From: Dehalococcoidia bacterium
GTDB taxonomy: Bacteria; Chloroflexota; Dehalococcoidia; Bin125
Direction: 5' to 3'
Assembly (NCBI GenBank): GCA_965217625.1
Contig: OZ244557.1
Coordinates: 1,469,827-1,533,826, forward strand
Length of the DNA stretch: 64,000 nucleotides
The position numbers and the translations under genes are program-made. Of the stretch, positions 36,423 to 44,749 are shown piece after piece. The notes beneath the pieces were generated by a model. It had not been told where the DNA came from. It saw nothing but the letters and a program-made list of their open reading frames with translations, and ran no database searches. Each line of letters starts with the position of its first letter. Positions within the stretch are counted from its first letter, which is position 1.

Positions 36423-38111
36423 TCAGGCGCGCGTCCGCCGCGCCACGGCCACGCCACCCAGGGCCAGCACCAGGCTGACGGCAAGGGCCACGGGGAGCGC
36501 CGCGCGACCGCCGCCACCCAGGCCGCCGCTGCCGGTGTTCGGCAGGGCGACGGGGCCGGGCGTGTCGTCATCGTCCCCGGCGGGGGTATCAGCGGCGGGG
36601 GCATCGTCGGCGGGGGCCTCCTCGGCGGGGGCGTCGGCGGCCGCATCGTCATCGGGAGCGACGGGGGCAGGGGCGGGGGCGGCGCGCGACATGATCACGA
36701 CGCTGTCGGGGTGCAGTGAGGCGGCGTCGAGGGTGTTGACGACCGCGGGCGCGCCGACGCCGTAGCCCAGGAACGCTTGCGCCGCGACGTCGAGCACCCA
36801 CACGGCGACGACCTCGAACTGCTGCACGGCGATGAGGGCGTCGATGTCGGAGGTGCAGGCGACGCCGTAGGTCCATCCGCCGGGCGGGGGGACGGGCAGC
36901 ACGCTCGGCTCGTCACGCTGTGAGCCTCCCGCGGCGGCGGGGGTGGCGTCGGCGGCGGGGTCCGCGGGGGCGTCGGTGCGGCGCATGATGACGACGCTGC
37001 CGGGCGCGAGGGTGGAGGCATCGAGGCTGTTGACGAGGCCGGGCCGCCCGACGCGGTGGCCGAGGAACTCCTGTGCGGCGACATCGAACACCCAGACGCT
37101 GTCGACCGGGAACCGCTGCGCGGCGATCAGGGCGTCGATGTCGGACGTGTCCGAGACGCCGTGGGTCCATCCGCCGGGCGGCGGGACGGGCAGCACGCTC
37201 AAGCCGCAGCTGTCGGTGCCCGCCCGATCGCCTTCGTCCTCCTCGGGAGGGATCCCTTCGTCGGAGTCCGGCGGGGGCTCGTCCTCGTCGGAGGCGTCGT
37301 CTTCCGTGCCGTCTTTCGTGCCGTCTTTCGTGCCGTCTGGCGTGCCGTCCGGGGTGCCGCCGGTGGTGTCACCCGGAGGGGTGCCCGAGTCGTCCGTCTC
37401 GATGTCCTCCTCGTCCTCGTCCTCCTCCGGCGTCGGTGTCGGCGTCGGTGTCGGGGTCGGTGTCGGCGTCGGTGTCGGGGTCGGCGTCGGCGTCGGCGGG
37501 GTTCCGACGCACTCGGCCGGAGACACGCTCAGGACCGCGTCATCGAAGTCCTCGTCCCCGCCGTCCCAGAAGTCCTCAAAGGACACGGTCGCGCCCGAGA
37601 CCCGTGCATGCACGACACCGTCGGGATTGCGCGAGCCGGGCCCCGTCTTGAACACGTTCCCGGTGTCCTCGACGCGGATCCCGAGCACGAGCTCCCCCGC
37701 CGAAAGGCCGCTGAGCGTCATCGTTTGGCCGACATCACGGTTCGTGAAGCCGAGATCCGTCGCCGTGCCATTGTTGAAGTGCAGGAACGTGCTCGTGTAC
37801 GCGGCCTCGAAGTCCTCCACGGCGAGCGTGATCGTGGTGCAGGCGCCCGTCAGCGTGATGGTGCGACGCTTCGGCGGGCCGCTGGTCTCCGACCACGCGT
37901 CGGCGCCGACCCGGACGCTGGGGGGCGCCGGGGAGGGCGTGGAAGCGCTGCCGGCGGCGGAGTCGAGGGCGTCGGAGGACACCCGCGGGCCATCCGGAGG
38001 CGTGTCGCGGGTCGCGGAGGCGGACCCGGGCAGGGCCAGGAACACGGCGAGCAGAACGAAGACACCGGTGAGGAGCCGGACATGGAACGCCATGGTCCTG
38101 CTGCGAATCAC
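36423..38111 (-). CDS. LPXTG-anchored surface protein B (paralog of A): DUF4114-like domain, (TP)12 repeat, acidic region, duplicated ~75-aa domain, LPNTG
   Basis: FEDFWDGGDEDFDDAVLSV. TPTPTPTPTPTP... Two LPVPPPGGWTxG...VVIM(R/S)R repeats. LPNTGSGG plus TM plus RRTRA. Start at GTG 38111 or ATG 38093. Confidence 0.8.
   Translation of the reverse strand: MIRSRTMAFHVRLLTGVFVLLAVFLALPGSASATRDTPPDGPRVSSDALDSAAGSASTPSPAPPSVRVGADAWSETSGPPKRRTITLTGACTTITLAVEDFEAAYTSTFLHFNNGTATDLGFTNRDVGQTMTLSGLSAGELVLGIRVEDTGNVFKTGPGSRNPDGVVHARVSGATVSFEDFWDGGDEDFDDAVLSVSPAECVGTPPTPTPTPTPTPTPTPTPTPTPTPEEDEDEEDIETDDSGTPPGDTTGGTPDGTPDGTKDGTKDGTEDDASDEDEPPPDSDEGIPPEEDEGDRAGTDSCGLSVLPVPPPGGWTHGVSDTSDIDALIAAQRFPVDSVWVFDVAAQEFLGHRVGRPGLVNSLDASTLAPGSVVIMRRTDAPADPAADATPAAAGGSQRDEPSVLPVPPPGGWTYGVACTSDIDALIAVQQFEVVAVWVLDVAAQAFLGYGVGAPAVVNTLDAASLHPDSVVIMSRAAPAPAPVAPDDDAAADAPAEEAPADDAPAADTPAGDDDDTPGPVALPNTGSGGLGGGGRAALPVALAVSLVLALGGVAVARRTRA
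37436..37505 (-). repeat. Hexanucleotide coding microsatellite (GTCGGN)n x ~12 encoding (TP)n
   Basis: Seen directly: cggtgtcggcgtcggtgtcggggtcggtgtcggcgtc... Confidence 0.8.
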
Positions 38112-38234
38112 GACGGCACTCCCGGCGCAGCCAGGGCGCGCCTCTCGGCCGCGCCTCTCGCCTGACGGTCGATCAAGAACGCTCGATCAGGAATGTGAGA
38201 CGCGCGCCAACGTCGACTGCGCGGCACGGAAGAG

Positions 38235-38280
38235 TAGGTGGATTATTGATATGTCGTCAATCTGATTAATCGGAATACTC
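38235..38280. promoter_or_regulatory. AT-rich island with palindromes in the divergent intergenic region between LPXTG-B and the PPC-domain protein
   Basis: gtgGATTATTGATATGTCGTCAATCTGATTAATCggaatact is about 30% GC within a 70% GC genome. It contains the palindrome GATTAATC and an ATTGA(N7)TCAAT inverted repeat. Confidence 0.35.
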
Positions 38281-38422
38281 GGAGCCGATGTCCGTCGGCG
38301 CGCGGCGTCCATTCCGGCTTCCTGATTGCGAGGGCACGGGTGGAAACTTAGGCTCCGCGTATCGCCGGTACGGGGCGCTCCGTATGCGCCGCCGTCCGGC
38401 GGGCAAGACCCAGGAGATGCAA

Positions 38423-40921
38423 ATGAGTCGCAACGCGTCCGCGGTGATCCCCGCTGGGTTCGGATTGCGCACGCTGGCGAAGGCGCTGGCCGTCGTCGCG
38501 CTGATCGCCGGAGCGCTGATGGTGGACGGACCTCGCGCCGCCTGGGGACAAGAGGAACCAGGCTGCGACGTCACCGACCTGGGCGCGCTCGGCGCCGATG
38601 CCGACGGCGAGCTGCGGGTGGACGGGCGCTGGACGACCGCGGACTGTGACTCGCGCTTCCGCATCGACAGCGATGCCCACACCTACCGCTTCGAGATCAC
38701 CGATCCCGGCCGGGTGCGGATCAATCTGACATCGGCCGACGGCGACCCCTACCTCTATCTGCTGGCCGAGGACGGCAGCCGCGTCGCGGACGACGACGAG
38801 GGCGGCGCCATCCTCAACGCGCGGATCGAGCGCGATCTGGCGACGGGCGTCTACCTGGTCGAGGCGACGACGGTCGGCGGGCGCGGGCGCGGCGCGGCGG
38901 ACTTCACGCTGTCGGTCCACTACGTCACGGGCTGCGAGCCGATCGGCCTGGGCGTTCTCGAGCCGGGCGTCGACCTGACCGCGTCCGGCACCTGGACGCT
39001 CGACGTCTGCGGCTCCCGCTTCGTCGTGGCGCACCCCGCCCACACCTACTTTTTCCATCTGCCGACGGACGGCCGCGTGCTGATCGACCTGACGTCGGTG
39101 AACGGCGACCCGGTGCTCTCCCTGTTCTCGCCCGAGCAGGGCGTGATCGGCGCCAACGACGACGGCGGGGGCCGCCGCGACGCGCGCATCGAGGAATACG
39201 TGACCGCGGGAACCTACCTGATCGAGGCGACGACCTACTTCGAGCGTGGCCTCCAGCCGGTGTCGACCGACTTCGACCTCGTGGTCCATCTGGTGGACGA
39301 GGAGGCCGAGCAGCACCGCTCCAACCTCAAGGTGGAGGCGATCCACACGCCCGACCAGGTGGTGGCGGGCGAACCCTTCCACGTGCACTACCGCGCCGGC
39401 AATCTGGGCGGCGGCGGCCTGTCCGACGTCGGCGGGGGCGCCGTGCTGTATGTCGTGGGCCCCGGCGACCGCGCGTTTACGGACCCCATCTGGGCGTCCG
39501 AGGAGCGCTGGCGGGCCGGTGCCTCGTACCACTCCGGCCCGCAGACGGCGAGCGCGACGAGTACCACCCTCGATCAGGTTGCGCCGTTCACGCTGACGCT
39601 CGACAGCCCCGGCCCCTCGTGGGTGTTCGTCGGGGTCGTCGCGGTCGACGGCCTGGGCCGGGAGATCGGCTTCCACGGCATCTGGCGCAATCTGACGGTG
39701 CTGAGCGGCGTGACGTTCGACCCGGTGACGGTGAGCGCCGACGGCGCGGACTACGAGGTCTCGGCGGCGGCCAATTCGCGCGGGCTGGTCACGGTCGCGG
39801 TGCGCGCCGTCGCGGATCCTGAGGCGGCCATCGGGCGGGCGCAGCGGGCGAAGGCGATCTACGCGGCCGGCGTGCGGGCCCGGGTGCTCGACGGCATCCT
39901 CGAGCGGCCGGCGATCGCCGCGCTGCGCCAGCAACATGAGGGGGTCGCGGAGACGGAGGGCGCGGCGCCCGTCGTCGTGGCCAACCCGTCGTCGCGCGCC
40001 CTGCTGGCGGCGTTCGCGGATCACCACGCGAACGCGATCGCCACGTCCGGGGTGGCCGCGCGGGTCGCCGCGGGCGAGCTGATCAGTCAGGCGGCGGTTG
40101 AGGATCTGACGCTGAGCGCGGCGGAGGCGGCGTCGGCGCAGTGGCTCTCGCTGGCCGCCGCCTGGAGCGCGCTCCAGGAGCGGATCGCGGGCGGGGCGGC
40201 GCTCTCATTCGCCGACGCGCTGGCCGTGCAGTCGCAGCTCGCCTACGCCGAGCGCATCATCGCGCCGATCGTGGCCGGCGGCGAGATCGTCCGGGCGGCC
40301 CGCGCCGCCGAGTTGGGCTGGGACGACGCCGCGGTCCGGGCGATGGTCGCCGATCTGGCGGCGGGGGCGTCCTGCGCCGGCGGCGGCGGGCCGTTGATCG
40401 CGCTCGACGCCGAGTTGCGCGCGGCGCTGCCCATCCACGGTCTCGTGGACGGCAGCGTGCTCTGCGGCGTGGCGGAGGCCGATGCGGCGACTGCCCGCTT
40501 CCTGCGAGGGCTGGCAATCGCCGGCAGCAGCGATCTGCGCGCGCTGGTCGCGCCCGCGCCACCGGCGCCGCCGGCGGCGTATCGGCTGCGGGTCATCGCA
40601 CGGCTGGCCGAGGACGGCCGGGTCGAGCACGGCGTGGAGCTCGCGAGCGGCCAACGCATCTTCCCGTCGGTTCGCTTCCTGCCCACCAGCGCGGCCGTCG
40701 GCGCCTGGAAGATCACCAGCGCCGTCGAGGTCGGGGGGGTCTCGATCGGCTGGATCCGTGCGCAACGCTTGGCCGACGGTCGCGTTGAGGTGGGCTTCCG
40801 CAGCGCCGGCGGCGGCCTGATCACGCCCGCCATCCGCTACCTGCCGGCCGACGTGGCGGTCGGGGTCTGGCTGCGCAGCAGCGAGACCGAGGTGCCGCCG
40901 GTGGCGCCGCCGGTCGAGTAG
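38423..40921 (+). CDS. Secreted protein with two tandem PPC (pre-peptidase C-terminal)-like domains, a central uncharacterised region and two C-terminal ~45-aa repeats
   Basis: Signal peptide AKALAVVALIAGALMV. PPC-like patterns DGDPYLYLLAEDGSRVADDDEGG...GVYLVEATT and NGDPVLSLFSPEQGVIGANDDGG...GTYLIEATT. CAGGAG SD 6 nt before the ATG at 38423. Confidence 0.65.
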   Translation: MSRNASAVIPAGFGLRTLAKALAVVALIAGALMVDGPRAAWGQEEPGCDVTDLGALGADADGELRVDGRWTTADCDSRFRIDSDAHTYRFEITDPGRVRINLTSADGDPYLYLLAEDGSRVADDDEGGAILNARIERDLATGVYLVEATTVGGRGRGAADFTLSVHYVTGCEPIGLGVLEPGVDLTASGTWTLDVCGSRFVVAHPAHTYFFHLPTDGRVLIDLTSVNGDPVLSLFSPEQGVIGANDDGGGRRDARIEEYVTAGTYLIEATTYFERGLQPVSTDFDLVVHLVDEEAEQHRSNLKVEAIHTPDQVVAGEPFHVHYRAGNLGGGGLSDVGGGAVLYVVGPGDRAFTDPIWASEERWRAGASYHSGPQTASATSTTLDQVAPFTLTLDSPGPSWVFVGVVAVDGLGREIGFHGIWRNLTVLSGVTFDPVTVSADGADYEVSAAANSRGLVTVAVRAVADPEAAIGRAQRAKAIYAAGVRARVLDGILERPAIAALRQQHEGVAETEGAAPVVVANPSSRALLAAFADHHANAIATSGVAARVAAGELISQAAVEDLTLSAAEAASAQWLSLAAAWSALQERIAGGAALSFADALAVQSQLAYAERIIAPIVAGGEIVRAARAAELGWDDAAVRAMVADLAAGASCAGGGGPLIALDAELRAALPIHGLVDGSVLCGVAEADAATARFLRGLAIAGSSDLRALVAPAPPAPPAAYRLRVIARLAEDGRVEHGVELASGQRIFPSVRFLPTSAAVGAWKITSAVEVGGVSIGWIRAQRLADGRVEVGFRSAGGGLITPAIRYLPADVAVGVWLRSSETEVPPVAPPVE

Positions 40922-40950
40922 CCCGGACGGCGCGGCCTACGCGCGCGGGC

Positions 40951-41322
40951 TCAGCCGCTTGGGAGGGGCTTCGCCCAGTAGCCGGCGTCGGCGGGGAACA
41001 CCGACTCCAGGCGGGTGAGCTCGATGGGGCCGTCGAGCGTGTCGGCGACGGCCTTCCAGGCCGCGTAGTGGGGCGCGCGTGCATGCGCGGCGAGCGCGGC
41101 GTCGTCCTCGTACACCTCGTAGAAGTAGTAGGTGTCCTCGTCCGCGGGATCCTGCAGCACGTTGAAGCGCAGGCAGCCCGGCTCGTCGCGTTCCGATCCC
41201 AGGGCGTCGGTCTCGATGCCCTGCAGGAACCGATCCCGCTGGTCCGGGTGGATGCGAACCTTGACCCATATCGCGAGCACTGGCGCCTCCTCGTCCCCGC
41301 GCCCGTCCGAGTGGAGGAGCAC
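40951..41322 (-). CDS. Antibiotic-biosynthesis-monooxygenase (ABM)-domain protein
   Basis: AIWVKVRIHPDQRDRFLQGIE...CLRFNVLQDPADEDTYYFYEVYEDDAALAAHARAPHYAAW is the ABM fold signature. Start uncertain. Confidence 0.6.
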   Translation of the reverse strand: MLLHSDGRGDEEAPVLAIWVKVRIHPDQRDRFLQGIETDALGSERDEPGCLRFNVLQDPADEDTYYFYEVYEDDAALAAHARAPHYAAWKAVADTLDGPIELTRLESVFPADAGYWAKPLPSG

Positions 41323-41382
41323 GGGCGCCGGGCCAGTCTAGCGCCCGGCCACGATCGAGGCGCGGGGCGTCGACGCCCGGCG

Positions 41383-42198
41383 CTACACCGCGCGGCGCTT
41401 GAAGACGGCGGCCAGCGCGAAGAACGCCGTCGCGACCAGGGCCATGGCGGGGCCCGAGGGCAGGTCGGCGTGGAAGGAGAGGTAGAGGCCCGCAATGGCC
41501 GAGAGCGCGCCGATGCCGGCCCCGACCAGCATCACGCCGACGAAGCGCTTGGCGAGCAGATAGCCGGTGGCGGCGGGGGTGATGAGCATCGCCATGACGA
41601 GCACGATGCCGGCGGCCTGGATGCCGATCACGACGACCAGCGCGAGCAGGGCGAGCAGCACGTACTCGACGACGCCGGTCCTGATCCCCACCACCTGGGC
41701 GCCCACCGCGTCGAAGGTGGTGTAGACGAGCTGGCGGTGGAAGGCGTAGAGCCCGAAGACGACGAGCGCGGTGAGCCCCAGCGAGACGTAGACATCGGTC
41801 TGGGAGACGCCCAGCACCTGTCCGAGCAGCAGATCCTCGATGTTGACGGTGACGTTCGTGGCCTGCGACAGCATGACGAGACCCAGCGCGAACATGCCGG
41901 CGAAGATGATGCCGATCGACGTGTCTTCGCTGATGCCGGTGCGCCGGCCGACGGAGCCCATCAGCAGCGCGATGCCAATCCCGGCCGGCACGGCGGCGAT
42001 GAAGGGGCTGATGCCCAGCAGGAACGCGACCACCATGCCCGGCAGGACGGAGTGGGCGAGGGCGTCGCCCATGAAGGCGCGCCCCCGCGTGATGACGTAG
42101 GCGCCGAGTACGGGGCACATAACGCCGACCAGCACGGAGACGATCAGCGCCCGCACCATGAAGCTGTATTCGAACGGCCCGACGATGTGGTCGATCAT
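41383..42198 (-). CDS. znuB: Metal (Zn/Mn) ABC transporter permease, ZnuB/MntB (ABC-3) family
   Basis: About 8 TM segments, ABC-3 family profile (DALAHSVLPGMVVAF, GAQVVGIRTGVVEYVLLALLA). ATGA overlap with the ATPase gene. Confidence 0.85.
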   Translation of the reverse strand: MIDHIVGPFEYSFMVRALIVSVLVGVMCPVLGAYVITRGRAFMGDALAHSVLPGMVVAFLLGISPFIAAVPAGIGIALLMGSVGRRTGISEDTSIGIIFAGMFALGLVMLSQATNVTVNIEDLLLGQVLGVSQTDVYVSLGLTALVVFGLYAFHRQLVYTTFDAVGAQVVGIRTGVVEYVLLALLALVVVIGIQAAGIVLVMAMLITPAATGYLLAKRFVGVMLVGAGIGALSAIAGLYLSFHADLPSGPAMALVATAFFALAAVFKRRAV

Positions 42199-42960
42199 GA
42201 CGCCGCTCCCCCGTGGCTGAAGTGATCGGCGGCGAACTCGATCCCGTGCGAGCCGTACAACTCCTCCAGCACGTCGGGCGTGAACGCCTCGTCGGGCGGG
42301 CCGTAGGCGCAGACGTGGTGATTGATGCACAGCACTTGGTCGAAGCGCTGGGCGAGGTTGGTGAGGTCGTGCGTGGCGAGCAGGACGATGCGGCCCTCGT
42401 CGCGGAGCGACTGCAGCACCTCGACGATGCCCTCCTGTGCGCCGACATCGACGCCGCTGAAGGCCTCGTCGAACAGGATGACGATCGCTTCCTGCGCCAG
42501 GGCCCGGGCGATGAAGACGCGCTGGCGCTGGCCGCCGGACAGCTGCGTGACCAGCGAGGAGCGGCTGTCCCACATGTTCACGCGCTCCAGGCAGAGCCGG
42601 ACCGCCTCCTTGTCGCGCTTGCCGGGACGCCGCAGCCAGCCGATGTGGTTCTCGCGGCCCATCATGACCACGTCGTGCACGGTCGCGGGGAAGGCCCAGT
42701 TGATGCTGTCGCGCTGGGGCACGTAGGCGAGGGCGCCCTCGTGCGCCGCCGCGCCGCGCCGGGTCACGGCGCCCCGCGTGACGGGCAGGATGCCCGCGAT
42801 GGCGTCGAAGAGGGTGCTCTTGCCGGCGCCGTTGGGACCCACGACGCCCACCAGCGCGCCCGGCCCGATGTCGAAGCTGACGTCGATCAGTGCCTTGTGG
42901 CCGCCCCGCTCGACATCGAGCCCCTCGACCCTGATGCCGGGTTCGGAAGTCGTCATCATC
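42195..42960 (-). CDS. znuC: Metal ABC transporter ATP-binding protein, ZnuC/MntA-like
   Basis: Walker A GPNGAGKST. Signature LSGGQRQR. Walker B ILFDEAFSGVD. H-loop ATHD. Confidence 0.9.
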
Positions 42961-43011
42961 GCCTCGATTCCAGGGGGGCCGCCAACGCGCCCCGCCACAT
43001 GATCGCGCCGG

Positions 43012-44037
43012 TCACCGCAGGGCCTCGGTCACGCGCCCGACGTTCGTCCGCACCATCTCGATGTACGTCTCCGCGCCGCTGCCCTCCGTGCCGAGCGAGC
43101 CCGAGTAGAGCCGGACGAGCACGGCGCCGGATTCCGTCGCCAGGGCGTCGGCCAGGCGTTCGCTGACCGTCGTTTCGCCGAACACGGCGGGGACCCCGTA
43201 CTCCCGGATCTCGTCGGACAGCTCGGTAAGGGCCGCCGCCGAGGGCTCGACTTCGGTCGTGATGGAGAGGATGACGCCAACGACCTCGAAGCCGTACCGC
43301 TCCGCGAAGTAGCCCAGGCTGTCGTGTGAGGTCACGAGCAGCCGGCGCTCCAGCGGGATCACGCCGACCTGCTCCTCGGTCCACGCGTGCAACTCGTCGA
43401 GCTGCGCGTTGTAGGCGTCGGCGTTGGCGCGATAGGCGTCGGCCCGGCCGGGGTCGAGCGCGGCGAGCCGGGCGGCGATGTCGCTGACGACGCGCTGCAC
43501 GCGGAGGGGGTCGAACCAGAAGTGGGGGTCGTCGATGCCGTGGCCGTGGTCGTCGTGCTCCTCGTCCCGCTCTTCGGCTTCGGTCTCCGCCAACTCGATG
43601 GGATCGATGACCTCCCCCAGCTCGACGATCGCGCTGGGGTCCCGGGCCGCGTTCTCCAGCAGGTCGCGCAGCCAGGACTCCTCGAGACCCAGGCCGACGC
43701 TGAGCACGAGATCGGCGTCGGCGACCTTGGCGACATCGCGGGCGCCCGGCTGGAAGCCGTGCGGGTCGACGCCGACGGGGACGAGGCTGAAGACCTCGAC
43801 GTGGTCGCCGCCCACGTTCGCGACCCAGTCCGCGACGATGCTGGTCGTGACGACGACGCGGATGGGGGCGGGGGGTTCCGGGTCCGCCTGGGCGGCCGCG
43901 GGCGTCCCCTGGGCGGGGCTCGCAGCAGGGGGAGCGTAGTCGTCGCCCGAGCAGGCGGCCAGGGCTGCCACCAGCGCGAGGGCGGCGATCAGGACCATCG
44001 TGCGTCCCGCGATCCTCATCACGATACTGTGTCTCAT
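43012..44037 (-). CDS. znuA: Metal ABC transporter substrate-binding lipoprotein, ZnuA/TroA family with a His/acid-rich loop
   Basis: Lipobox LAAC. EAEERDEEHDDHGHGIDDPHFWFDP loop typical of ZnuA. AAGGA SD before the ATG at 44037. Confidence 0.85.
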   Translation of the reverse strand: MRHSIVMRIAGRTMVLIAALALVAALAACSGDDYAPPAASPAQGTPAAAQADPEPPAPIRVVVTTSIVADWVANVGGDHVEVFSLVPVGVDPHGFQPGARDVAKVADADLVLSVGLGLEESWLRDLLENAARDPSAIVELGEVIDPIELAETEAEERDEEHDDHGHGIDDPHFWFDPLRVQRVVSDIAARLAALDPGRADAYRANADAYNAQLDELHAWTEEQVGVIPLERRLLVTSHDSLGYFAERYGFEVVGVILSITTEVEPSAAALTELSDEIREYGVPAVFGETTVSERLADALATESGAVLVRLYSGSLGTEGSGAETYIEMVRTNVGRVTEALR

Positions 44038-44147
44038 TTGTCCTTGTCCTTTCCGGGGCATGGCGGCTCGCCTGAGCCAATCGATCACGTATTGGTACTG
44101 GGTATCATCTTCTGGCGGACGGTCGCGGGGGACCGGATCATCGTCTG

Positions 44148-44579
44148 TCAGCTCCCGTCGGCCGCGATGCAGCGGTCGCAGGTCACGTAGAGCTCGATGC
44201 GGTGGCCCACGATGTCGCCCGGGATGTCGCTGCCGATGACGCGCAGGACGCGCTCGACGGTCGCGGCGCGGAACTCCCCCACGTCGCCGCAGCGGACGCA
44301 GACGGTGTGATGGTGGTGCTCGACACGGGAGAGGCTGTACCGAGGGGTGCCGTCGATCAGGTTGAGGCGGCAGATGATGCCGGCCTCGCGCAGGAGCTTG
44401 ATCGTCCGGAAGATCGTGGCGCGGCCCACCCAGGGCAGCTCATCGCCGATCTCCTCCGCGGTGAAGCCGCCGGGCTTCCCGTCGAGGATGTCGATGACGG
44501 CGCGGCGCGGCGCCGTCGATCGGTAGCCCCGGTCCTCGAGCACGGCCATGATGTCGAGTCGTGACGGGTGACCGGCCAT
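44148..44579 (-). CDS. zur: Fur-family transcriptional regulator, probable Zur
   Basis: RSTAPRRAVIDILDG...FTAEEI DNA-binding helix region. HHHHTVCVRCG and CDRC metal sites. Start ambiguous (ATG 44600, 44579 or 44549). 44600 is unlikely because the candidate promoter and operator overlap it. Confidence 0.8.
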   Translation of the reverse strand: MAGHPSRLDIMAVLEDRGYRSTAPRRAVIDILDGKPGGFTAEEIGDELPWVGRATIFRTIKLLREAGIICRLNLIDGTPRYSLSRVEHHHHTVCVRCGDVGEFRAATVERVLRVIGSDIPGDIVGHRIELYVTCDRCIAADGS

Positions 44580-44583
44580 CAGA

Positions 44584-44628
44584 ATGATACCTCGTATCAT
44601 GGATAGCGGAGCCTGCTCGCGCCGTCAA
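44584..44628 (-). promoter_or_regulatory. Candidate zur-znuACB promoter (TTGACG, 17 nt, TATCCA) with an overlapping 7-3-7 palindrome ATGATAC-ctc-GTATCAT (putative Zur box)
   Basis: Seen directly in the sequence. The palindrome sits at or just downstream of the -10, the classic repressor-operator geometry. AT-rich palindromes of this type are Fur-family operators. Confidence 0.45.
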
Positions 44629-44749
44629 GCCTGGGGGGCGGTCGCGCGTGAGTCGGGGGGGGGGGGCGTGAGTCGGGGGGCAACCCTCCGACCTCCTGTG
44701 GCGGCTCATCGCAGCGCCGACAGGCGCTCGGTGACTCGGCACCACTGAC

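Noticed and set aside
40937-42448. 503-aa minus-strand ORF spanning ABM and znuB in another frame
   Set aside because: It is an Arg/Pro/Ala-rich wrong frame. The ABM and ZnuB frames carry the family signatures.
44600-44602. ATG at 44600 as the zur start
   Set aside because: The codon is part of the palindromic candidate operator and lies upstream of the predicted -10 and transcription start. Fur-family N-termini are normally 5-15 aa ahead of the first helix, which favours 44549 or 44579.
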